From assembly GCF_000150275.1 (NCBI RefSeq), contig NW_002060959.1, forward strand, positions 1,175,283 through 1,239,282: a DNA stretch of 64,000 nt. The letters run 5' to 3'. Positions 1 to 10,831 of this stretch are shown piece after piece (the stretch's first letter is position 1; each line of letters opens with the position of its first letter). The notes under the pieces were generated by a model that was given only the letters and a program-made list of their open reading frames with translations, made no database searches and was not told the DNA's origin. The stretch is from Trichoplax adhaerens (taxonomy: Eukaryota > Animalia > Placozoa). The position numbers and the translations under genes are program-made.

Positions 1-636
1 TAATAAAGACGACAGTGTTCGCGTTACTGCTGTTCCTCGTGTACGAATTAAAATCGCTGACAGGTACTATAGCATAAATTGCATCTTGATGTAGTGCATT
101 AAATAGATGATCACCTGTAAATGGTGTAATAACCTTTGACAGAATTGCTGAAGAAGAAAGGAAACACGAAGAAGTGGTAGATAACGTATTAGCATTGGAA
201 TCTGCCAGTAGCGTTGATAATACAAAAGTAAAGATTAACGATATTGAAGCTCAAGGTACGAGAACTTTGATTGTCATTTGTAAATTGAATTTATAGCTTT
301 AAATTCTCTGCATTAGTACAAAAACAAACCTGTGATAGCTATTCTTATTTTTTTAGATGTAACTCAATTAGTAACGAATAAAGATCTCGACTCTGATCAA
401 GATGTTATTCGGTTCGTTAATATAATCACAATTAATTAAAAGATGTTACTCTACATATCTGCAAATTTTCGTAAACATTGTGCAAGTGGTAATTAATACT
501 GCAGTTGAAGTGGTGACATAGTCTGTAAGTTAGATCGGCCAAATTAATTTAATTTTTTCTCTATCCTCAGCAAATCCGTGAAAAAGAATACCAAACCTAA
601 ACGTAATTAAACTATTTTCCTTGTAATTACTTTAAC
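1..636 (+). pseudogene. Truncated duplicate of internal exons of the HAUS8-like gene (copy of 8166-8801)
   Basis: 1-636 aligns to 8166-8801 at a constant offset of 8165, with about 4 substitutions seen by eye (near 13, 21, 117, 628). Identity stops inside an intron after 'ctttaac' at 636. Confidence 0.9.
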
Positions 637-1226
637 CAAGAAACACATCTGACGTATATACACATGTTACATACACAGAGACAGTGGAACAAACAGAACA
701 ACACGACGATGGTGGTGTTGTTAGAGAACCGATCATGGACATACACGAGCCGAACCATAGACACCTAACAACATACCCATATAAAGAATTACGCATCAAA
801 GAATTTGATTCATATACATCCAATGATATATATATGGGTTATATGCAAATTCAGGCTTTTCATGCGAATATACGAGCATTCAAGACCGCCACTAAAAGTA
901 AAAAGGACGTACTTAAATATAAACGAGAAAAGAAAAAGAAGAAAGAAATACAAGAACTACTTGATCATTATAATATCATATTAACATATGAATCGATGGA
1001 TTCTGCTAGAACTATTGTACAGGACGCTGAAGCTGGTTTAGAAACCTTGCAGACTAGTACAACTTATGATTTAAAAACTATAATGTCTAGTATTCTATCA
1101 CGATTTCAGAATCGGTTCGATCGAGAATTGCATCAAACCAAATTATTACGCTGGTTAAGCGTATTTGGTAAGTCGAAACATCAAAGAGACAATGACCGTA
1201 TACTTTCGTTTATTAAAAAACTGTAA
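636..1226 (+). CDS. ORF-A: C-terminal fragment (~196 aa) of an unknown protein with a basic NLS-like run (KYKREKKKKK)
   Basis: The frame of ORF 684..1226 stays open back to 636 (PRNTSDVYTHVTYTETV...). The preceding TAA at 633-635 lies in host-derived sequence. No family recognised. Confidence 0.6.
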   Translation, partial: PRNTSDVYTHVTYTETVEQTEQHDDGGVVREPIMDIHEPNHRHLTTYPYKELRIKEFDSYTSNDIYMGYMQIQAFHANIRAFKTATKSKKDVLKYKREKKKKKEIQELLDHYNIILTYESMDSARTIVQDAEAGLETLQTSTTYDLKTIMSSILSRFQNRFDRELHQTKLLRWLSVFGKSKHQRDNDRILSFIKKL

Positions 1227-1869
1227 CGTATTACATGTTCTTATATATGTTCCAATAAAAGTTGTTGTCAATGACATCATGTCGTGCAATGGTTGTTTCA
1301 TATGCATGCTTACATATAGGCAAGACGTTGCGTACGTCTATGATGTTATAATCACCACTAACAATTGTGAACGTAGATAGATTATCTGGGATAGAAAACG
1401 AGTATTGTTGATGTAACACATCAGCCAATTGCAAACACATAAAGCATTTATCTGATGTTATAAGATCTTTACTAATGAACGGAAATTGTTCAGAGGAATA
1501 TTGATGTAGATCACGGACATTAGATGTAAAGAAATACGGCATACTACTAAATTTAGGTAACGCAACCATACCATAACTAACTAGCGTACAATCATCACAT
1601 TGCGGTTTCATGTTGTCTATTGTCATAGCCAGTTCTACTTCATGTGCCCGGAGTTGTATGTGTAATTTATCTGCTATATATTTCATACCATTTTCATCTG
1701 GTTTCAGAAATATAATGTCTTCTTGCGTTATATTTAAACCACTGTTATTTATTAATGTTTTCAGGATTTCCGTACGTTCGCTCTTCAAACTCATCCCACC
1801 ATTTAAGCCATAATCTTTATCGATCGATAACAGCAATAGTGTCTGTACTATTCTACTCTTCTGTTCTAC
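637..1869. mobile_element. Foreign, virus-like intronless insert at a duplication junction (candidate endogenous viral element fragment)
   Basis: The segment is fully coding: two convergent ORFs, stops 4 bp apart, no introns, both open to the insert edges. Each has an AATAAA inside the opposite ORF (+ ~1254, - ~1210-1215). It is flanked by two truncated host genes. Viral origin is inferred from architecture only. Confidence 0.5.
1231..1869 (-). CDS. ORF-B: C-terminal fragment (~212 aa) of an unknown protein with CxxC pairs (CDDC, CFMC), in frame with the last CFAP46 exon
   Basis: ORF 1231..1836 extends upstream without a stop (VEQKSRIVQTL...) into CFAP46-like IKFLLELA. No family recognised. 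Confidence 0.6.
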   Translation of the reverse strand, partial: VEQKSRIVQTLLLLSIDKDYGLNGGMSLKSERTEILKTLINNSGLNITQEDIIFLKPDENGMKYIADKLHIQLRAHEVELAMTIDNMKPQCDDCTLVSYGMVALPKFSSMPYFFTSNVRDLHQYSSEQFPFISKDLITSDKCFMCLQLADVLHQQYSFSIPDNLSTFTIVSGDYNIIDVRNVLPICKHAYETTIARHDVIDNNFYWNIYKNM

Positions 1870-4525
1870 TGCAAGTTCTAGCAGAAATTTGATTCTAGGA
1901 GTGAAGATATAATCAAGATAAAAATTTTAAAATTTGGTTGGATGCGAGTATCGTGCGAATATTGTATGAATTTTAGGGATAGAATAATTTTTTAACGATA
2001 GAAGAACATTTCAATAAATCTTACTGTTCTTCTTGGGTCAGTGAACCTCCAGGGGTTACACTCTTTCGCCCACTTGGTGCACTACTGTCTTCTTCGCGTA
2101 AGATTCGCTTTATTAATCTGCCTAAATCAATATCAACTTGTTCCACCGGTGTCTTCCCTGCTTGTGGTACTTCTTTACCTTCAAATGTGCTGTTTATTAA
2201 AATCAATTATTTGATTACTTACGAAAGTGTTTGCAGAAACGATACTATTTACTTGCTTTTAAGAGTTATTATTAACGCTGTATCAAATAACTTTTGAATG
2301 AGGTGGAATAATAGTTAATATCTCATTTTACTCACAGTCTTAATCTCTTCATACGATATAGTATATTTAAATTTATAGCGAGTTTTGCATCTTTTACTAA
2401 TTTTTGAGGATCAGCCAATCTGTGCACAATCTGTAAAATCCAATTTAGAATAAAATAAGGCGGCGATGTAAGATTGAGTCGAATATTATTACATGAGAGT
2501 TTAAAAATTTAGGTTATACAGGATATATACCCGTATGTACAGAATTATAATGTTTTATGCGCGAAATGGTTATGAGTGTGTTTAAATGACATTAAAGTTG
2601 ATAATTCTTAAGCATGTGCTGTATATGCAAAAATAACCTGTAACTCGAAAATATCCTTAAATGTATCCGGAATATGCGATTTCGTGAAACTAGCAGCAAC
2701 TTGAGCAACATTGATCGCATCTTCTCTTCTTCCAGCATCAATGTGGCATTCAATTAAAGCACTGTTTTATAAGAAAGACGTAGAGTTTTTAATTTCTTTT
2801 TCTGGATATAGATATTTTGTACTATTAGCTGTTGATGACTTTATGGTGTTGTAGATCTTACATCAGAAGTTTAGTTCTCCATTCGTAATCTTTATCATCT
2901 ATATCATCTAAAGCTTTGACTATGTTATGTAGAGATTTTGATAAATGGTGTCTGTGGCCAGCTGTTAAAAATGGCCGACAAAACTTCCAATAAATAACTG
3001 AAGCGTTATAAACCAGAAAATGATACCTAAAAGAATATTTTAAAAAGCGATAAATAATAATTAGAATAAAAGGACAATATAGAAATGTTGACGCAATAGA
3101 ATAATATTGACCTAGTAGTCTTTCTAGCAAAATTGATTGCCCTAGTAATATACGATACTGCAACTTCCAAATTTTCCTTTAAGAGAATAAAAATTTCGTA
3201 TTATTATCTGTAGAAGATCAGCAATTTAATATATATAGCGAACGTAAATAGACAGTTGAGTTAAAATCAGAAATAAAAAGATTTACTAAATTAGTGTTTA
3301 CAGTGTCTTTCTTGGATACTGGCGCATTAAGCTGAGCTTGGCATAAATATCCCCTTCCAAGAAATTGGTCTTCGGGTGGAGATTTCCTGAAGAACATTTC
3401 CAAGCAGTCCTTGGCTAACGCTCGATAGCCTCTCTAGTATAAGCAGTTGAAGAAAGCTGTTATGACTTAATGCAAAATAGAAATTATCATGCGAATTGGT
3501 CATGATGTAAATACTATAATTTTCTGTACTTCAATCCCTTATATGGCAAATTAATCGTTTATCACTTAGTGATTAAATCTTCTTTATAGCATTTACTAGA
3601 CTAGTTTGCAAGCCTTGCATCCTTAGTATCCACTTAAATCGGTTATTATACAGTTTCTAATGCTAGTGTCTTGTCGATATAATGAATAACGATCGATAAT
3701 AATGTATATATGTAATGTTATGTGTCACTAATTACGATATAGGTATACGCGTATATGCAAGTAGAAGTAATTAGGACATATACAGTATCTCATATCATCC
3801 ATTATGGTGTATAATACTACATTGGAATATAGTAGTTCAGTTTTATGAAGATGCAGCACTGTAGCCTAATAAGGTATTATAGAGAGTAATACCTGTTTAC
3901 GTACAATGGATAGAAAACGTGTATTTATTGTATAGCTTCGTAGTTGGCTGCTACTCAGGCGTGAATTACTTACTTCATCGTTGTTAAAACTTAAGTTCAT
4001 AAAATTATACATCAAGTTGCATGTAGTCACCTTTTTTTGCGTAAGTGCACAACCACTATACGAATTAATTAATCATGAGACTATATATTGATATCTCGTA
4101 CTACAGCTATTTACATGACGAAATAATTGCCCTTCACGAGTGATTGAATTACTTTTTATAGTAGTCCATTATTGACATAGTTTGCAACTCTCTGATTAAT
4201 AGTATCAATTCAACATGAAAATTTTACAATTTAATCTCGACAGAAATAATCATCTATATAGCTGATTATTCTATAGATAAATTACGTACTTTAATCCATC
4301 ATTTTAAAAGGCTAGAGGTATTTCGTTTAAGCAAAGACGATATAATCTGTTACTGACCTCGAAAGCGACTTCCGCAGTTAAGACATACCAACTTGCTTGG
4401 ATAGCGTCCACAGAGTCATCGCGCACTTCGACACCATATTTCAGCAATTGGTAGACTTCATTTAAGAGTACTTTATCGTTTTCTTGATTAAGAGCGCCCA
4501 ATATAATTCGAATTTTATTATCCAT
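1870..4525 (-). CDS. CFAP46: Cilia- and flagella-associated protein 46 (TTC40), N-terminal ~300 aa only, 3'-truncated
   Basis: Spliced exons encode DQFLGRGYLCQAQLNAP, RAINFARK, YHFLVYNASVIYWKFCRPFL...HHLSKSL, EWRTKLLM, LIECHIDAGRREDA and EEQIKFLLELA, colinear with the CFAP46 N-terminus. Similarity stops at ~1870. Confidence 0.88.
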
Positions 4526-4999
4526 CGCTTGGCTACTATAATAGTTTAATTTATTTTGATTGAATCCTGTTCAAGATGATCACTTTGGACTTGGATATAC
4601 CCAATAATAATCACAAGGTGACCATTACAAATTGCCTTTCCCTCTAAATTGAGATGATAGTTTAATACTTGATATTGGCTATACCAATAAAATTGAGCTG
4701 CAATCAGATTATACTTGCAGATGGATTTATATCTCGATATATAGATGGATTTGCTTCCCAAAATGTTAGTCGTTTAGCCTCTTGACGAATAAAGTTCTAG
4801 TCAAGTCATATTGAATAAATTGCATAAGCTACGCTATAGAAGTGTCAACATCCATTTCTTACATAATTTTGTTGTCGAGTGATTTTTCTATGTCATTCTA
4901 TTTAATGCGATTACGTGTTTAAGTAAGTATATTACATGTCGTCGATGTGTTTTGTGCAGTCTATTTATGCCATGAAAGCATTCGATGGTTGACAAGTCA

Positions 5000-5013
5000 G
5001 TTGGCATGGCGAC
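5000..5013. promoter_or_regulatory. RFX X-box upstream of CFAP46
   Basis: GTTGGCATGGCGAC closely matches GTTGCCATGGCAAC, with X-box-like sites also near 5064 and 5125. This fits a ciliary gene. Confidence 0.55.
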
Positions 5014-5544
5014 AAGATTGAAATTACTGATCATGCGCATCGATTGAAAAGTGCATCTAATCAGTTGGCCTGGCAAATCCTAAACGCTTTAAACATGCAA
5101 AATATATGTCACCTACGGCGATTGATTCCTAGTGACATACATACAACTCATGCCAGGTCATAGTGACATCATTTCGTACGCAACTCACAGTACCAGTATA
5201 CGATACATTCACTCAGTCATCGTTTTACGTTCGTATATCGTGTATGAGAACTACTAAGAAGAAGGAAAGTCTCAGTCTTTCTTTTAGTAATCCCCTTTGT
5301 CGTAGACATTGACTACTATAGATTACTACTGTAGTAATTTCTAGAACTCCATGTCCCCGGGATAAGAATCGTGCAGTTTTTCGCAAATTAGTCTCTCTGC
5401 CCTAGTATCATTGTTACTGTGTATGGATGAGCCATTAAGAATCGCTTGCAAAACTTATGTCATGATTACCATAGCCAGAGCAGTACTGTCACTAGCAAGT
5501 GAATCACGATGGGTGACATTATTTTTGTGGAGACAGTAGTCACA

Positions 5545-5630
5545 ATGTACAGTACTGTACAGTACAGCACAGTAAAGTACTGTACCACATTGCACTGTAC
5601 ACTGTAATAGACTGCTCTCATACTGTAGAC
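5545..5630. repeat. TACAG/CTGTA self-complementary low-complexity array in the CFAP46/HAUS8 divergent promoter
   Basis: tgtacagtactgtacagtacagcacagtaaagtactgtacc... Confidence 0.75.
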
Positions 5631-5653
5631 AGTTACACTCGCAGTATGACTCA

Positions 5654-5669
5654 CCCGCCAAAGTTCGAA
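5654..5669 (+). promoter_or_regulatory. E2F site plus CHR-like element upstream of the HAUS8-like ATG
   Basis: CCCGCCAAA (TTTGGCGGG on minus) is followed by TTCGAA, ending about 20 bp before the ATG at 5691. Confidence 0.45.
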
Positions 5670-5690
5670 TCGCTGTTGCCATGAGAAAAA

Positions 5691-8600
5691 ATGGCTGATC
5701 AAGCTCGGAAGAAACAATTATATCGCCCTGCTGTTCTACATCAGCATATACCCAGCAGCCCAACAAGGTAACGCATGAAGACTGCAGTAATATCATGGAT
5801 TCATTGATCCCTTTGGTTAAAAGAGAATTTTTTTCTTTTTATTTCAATTTCAATGTATAGGAAAACGTTAAGCCAAGGCTATTTGATCGCTCAGATCAGG
5901 TTGGAATGGACTGTATACGAGTGTATACAACAACGACTAGATTACTTACAGCTATCGATTAATCATAATTATTACTAAACGATTGACCACGTTATAACTT
6001 ATTATTGACTCTAATACAACCAAAATTGTATTATATACTCAGTCTTTTCCATACTTGTAGCTCGATAAATTAGACAATTACTATCATCATCCATTTTCAT
6101 GATCGATTATGTTGTTGATTTACACGTATACAGTAATGGCGACAATGCTTTCCCAGAAGATCAGAATAAAACGGAGACGAAGCGGTCCTTATTTCAATCT
6201 GTTAATACGAGGTAACTTATGCAGTGATTTAATAGTTATTGAATGGATGATGTTCTATGTAGTGGATGGCCACAATGACTTTAAAGTGGATGCAAAGTAA
6301 TAATAATGTAGAACGACACCCTTGCAGATAATGGACACTAGGCTTAATTTGTGTCTATCACTGAAGTTCACTTTTAGACGTAGAATTTATTCTATAACCG
6401 ATTATAAAGAAGCAGCTGATTAGGATTATCATTGTAAGGTAGTAGTTTGTTAGTCGTAGATTAGCTTAGTAGCCTGATGACGCTCAAATATTGCGATTTA
6501 GTACTGTGTTAACTGTAAATTATACATTAAACTTCAATGCCTTCTGGTAGTTTTTTAGTTGTAGACTAGTCTACTAGTCTAATGATATTGACAAATATTT
6601 ACGTATTGCGATTTGATCTTACATCGTATAGGTAGTGCCATTAAGCTTGAATGTCATGCTGTAGCTTGTTAATTATGGACTAGCCAAATAGTCTGATGGC
6701 ATTCACATATTGCGATTTGATCGCATGGACTATATGCAATCAATGTAGTAATTATGCATTTATCATGAGATCATAGATATCATATAGTAGTTTATTAGTT
6801 GTAGATTGTCTTCATAGTCTGATCGCTATGACGATTCGATCATACGTAGTATATAAAGTGCCATGATTATGGATAATATTAAAGGTCATGTAGCAGTTTA
6901 TTAATTGTTGACTAGTTTGATACTTTGATCACATTCACGTATGCGATTTCATCAAATGTAGTATACGTACAGTATATGGTGCCACGATCATACATTTGTC
7001 TTAAACGATATGTAGTGGTTTGTTAGTTGCAAACTAGCTTACTAATCAGATGTCATTCAAGCTCTGGGATAGGATTATAATTTGTACAGTATAGATCATC
7101 ACAATCCTATTAACTATTATATATGCTAGGTAAGACTTATTCAATAGATAAAATAATTTCCAACATAATTTGATAGGCCTGGCTATCTTCCGCTATATTG
7201 GAATGTAATTTTAGTAATTAGTGCTATCTTAAATACTATCATACAATGTCAGTCATTTCGTATAACTGGCCGTAATAGTGATTCTTATCTTAATGTAATA
7301 AAGGTCAGCGTAGAGTACTGTCGATATATAAATCTAAATAACAAGGATTTGATATTGCTGTAATAATTAACAATTTAAAAGCTCATATACAATCTTAAAA
7401 GTTATGAGCATGCACTACAGCAATTATTCATATATCATGCTACATACCATTCTCATGCTTGTTCATAGTGTACAGTACATATGAACAACGACAATGTACT
7501 GTTGACCTCATACAATTTTTAATAATTCGAACTTGTTATTAACTCATAACAAACTTAATTAGATAAATATAGACTTCTAATATCACTTGGCTTACACGCA
7601 TAGTTTACCAATTTTCTTCGCGTTTCTTTATGAATTACTTAGCGTTCAACCGATAGTAAAGGGAAATGATAATTATCAAGACGATGTCTCCCTTTTTTCT
7701 GATGAAGAAGAAAGTCAACAAGATCCAAAGGACCTTACTGTCATTGAAGGAACAGCACTATCTAAAGATGCAATGAGATCAAATATACAGAGTAACATAA
7801 TGGCAAATCAAAATGCAAATGATGAAAGATATCGCGATACCAGTAGCGATGATGCCAATTTTTCTAAGCAAACAAGAGCTGCATTGTCATCGTTAATGGT
7901 ACTTCATTTAATTGTGGCATGGCCATATTTATCGTATATTAGCTTAATATTATCAACTCGTAGTTGGATGCTGCATCTTAATAAACACTTGATTGACTTT
8001 CAATCAGGCAAATTCTCCAACGCCTAAAGTTGGCAACTCTCCTGTTCTAATTGTTGATGCCCTTGGTCGTACTGCCGATCCACAGGCAACGGAAGTTGCC
8101 GTTGTAACTACCGTAGCGAAATCAGCTGCTAAGGTTGTCTGCCATTCTCCTTCTGAAAAAAATTCTAATAAAGACGATAGTGTTCACGTTACTGCTGTTC
8201 CTCGTGTACGAATTAAAATCGCTGACAGGTACTATAGCATAAATTGCATCTTGATGTAGTGCATTAAATAGATGATCACCTATAAATGGTGTAATAACCT
8301 TTGACAGAATTGCTGAAGAAGAAAGGAAACACGAAGAAGTGGTAGATAACGTATTAGCATTGGAATCTGCCAGTAGCGTTGATAATACAAAAGTAAAGAT
8401 TAACGATATTGAAGCTCAAGGTACGAGAACTTTGATTGTCATTTGTAAATTGAATTTATAGCTTTAAATTCTCTGCATTAGTACAAAAACAAACCTGTGA
8501 TAGCTATTCTTATTTTTTTAGATGTAACTCAATTAGTAACGAATAAAGATCTCGACTCTGATCAAGATGTTATTCGGTTCGTTAATATAATCACAATTAA

Positions 8601-10831
8601 TTAAAAGATGTTACTCTACATATCTGCAAATTTTCGTAAACATTGTGCAAGTGGTAATTAATACTGCAGTTGAAGTGGTGACATAGTCTGTAAGTTAGAT
8701 CGGCCAAATTAATTTAATTTTTTCTCTATCCTCAGCAAATCCGTGAAAAAGAATACCAAACCTAAACGTAATTAAACTATTTTCCTTGTAATAACTTTAA
8801 CTTTTAATAATACCGTACTTCAATTGTTTGCTCTCATACTGTTATATTAACAAAATAGCCCGATATGTTGCTTCCCGTTATCTGAGCGGAATATCTACGA
8901 ATAGAACAAAAACAACTACGGTAAATTATTCACTTTAGTTGGTGTCCTTCACCATTCTGTCTTAATTATTAAAGTAACTTTACTCTAGGTTGGTAAATCT
9001 CATTCGAAAGCTGAAAAGGGACCTATGATTGGTCGCCATGATCTACATGCTACTAGGACTACTCCAAAAACTTCAAATACCGGTATTACAGCAAAATCTT
9101 TTTCGCGACTAGGAAAGAAGCAAGGTACATACTCATGTCAATTAAAGTGTTCAGAATTCCCATATAAATGTTATCCTCGTATCAATTTTTTATTCCAGAT
9201 GTCATGGCTTCTACCCCTAGCGATCGACAACAGGCCAGTAAACTGCGAACTGTCAGAACACCGCAAGACTTCAGTATTAGGAGGAGCCGCAATACAAAAA
9301 CTCCAATTGCTTCTGCCAGTAAGCGAAAACCACCCATAAAGGTCTTGCCTACGGATAAAAAGGAAACAGCTAATACCACAGTTGACAACAAAGGTAATAA
9401 CTTTATATCTGCCGCATTCCATAAATTTACGTTTGTCTGGTTAATAACTATTTACGTTTGCTTTATAGCGGAAACGAGAATACAAATGGAAAAGGTAATC
9501 TTGCAAGCCAGACTCTGTTATGCTCGCCTTGATAATTAAAAAGTGTGCGTACTTTTTTCCTATCGTGTTGATTAATAGAAGAAAGGATCTATTGAAGTGA
9601 CACAATCTGAACTGGACTTAGTTTACGCTCGTTTGATGCAGTGGGTATTTGCCTATCAAAAGGTAATTTTCATTTTTTGTGTATTATGCCATGCGTGTTC
9701 CGTGTTATTGATAGGGTTTTGTATTATAACTTTAACACTGAGCTCTATGTGTATAGCTGAAGCACACAGTCAATACCCAAGAAAAAGAAGCCATGGTAAG
9801 ATTCATAATTCAGAACTTTCTTAGCTATGATTTACTACACCATTGAACATATACAAGGCGCACATATATTTTTAACAACATTATTTATCTTTTTTCTCTA
9901 TAGAACCAAATTTTTTCCATGTGGAAGTATCTTCATCAGCAAAATAGGAAACTGACTCAATTAAAGTTAGAACTTCAACTAGCCAAGCATACGTCTCTAC
10001 TAGATGATGTCCTAGACATGCAGGTATTAATGTGATGTAAAGGTGGACGTTGTAACATACGAAAGTAACGCGAAAGTAATAGTCGAATAAAGGATTTGTG
10101 TTACTTATAAGACGTTTATTACGTACTTCACAGAAATCTGAACTTCAAGTTATTGGAGATCTATTACCGAGAGTTAAGTCGGATTATAGCAATCTTGCGA
10201 AAGGCCTAGATGCTGTCAGCCATGTTTTACGTACAAAAGGCATACTATACATGGACGATCATGGTAGTGATTGCCTGAGTCATTTGATACTGGTAAAGCA
10301 TAATAGCAATTCTGATCAGAGCAATTACGTTACTACTTTCAGATGAAGTAATAAGTGCGTTAGGAGAAAGTGAAGAATTATTGGGAGAAATTATAAGTAT
10401 TACCCGACATAATCAAGAAAATGTATGTGTAAAATCACTAACGACATATACTATTAGCTAGAGAATTAATTTTTTTATAGTCAAAGTAACTCGTTAAATC
10501 AATTTTTTCCTTATCGAATGCAGGTAACAGCAGTTTCCCAGTCAATGTGTGGTTTAGCTGATAAAGCAACTGTCGAAGGCAAAGAGTTGCATAGGTAACT
10601 TATCTGTAATATTCTGAATAATTGTGTCGTATAATTACGAATTTACAGTACATACATATATAATACCTTTATTAATAGAGTTCAATCTTATCAAATAGGT
10701 GTGAGGAGTTACTTGGTGCGCTTTCTACTCTAGTAGTCCAGGAAAGCAGTTTAAGAGTGCAGGAAATTGAAGAAAGTCGAGCTGATTCTAACGAAATTGA
10801 TAATCTATCTTTGCATTCCATGCATTTTTGA
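5691..10831 (+). CDS. HAUS8: HAUS augmin-like complex subunit 8 (HICE1) homolog with a long low-complexity N-terminal extension; multi-exon
   Basis: Phase-consistent exons run from MADQARKKQL (5691-5767) through 5861-5899 and 7643 onward. Motifs: YVASRYL, ELDLVYARLMQW, LDDVLDMQ, YSNLAKGLDAVSHVL, LVVQESSL. Stop TGA at 10829-10831. Confidence 0.72.
6439..7070. repeat. Degenerate tandem repeat (~6 units of ~105-125 bp) in HAUS8 intron 2
   Basis: The core gtagtagttt(a/g)ttagttgtagactag...tagtctgat...attgcgatttgatc recurs near 6439, 6547, 6661, 6785, 6890 and 7012. Confidence 0.65.

Noticed and set aside
637-1869. Classical DNA transposon or retroelement identity for the insert
   Set aside because: No terminal inverted repeats, LTRs, poly(A) tail, short TSD or transposase/RT/integrase motifs are visible.
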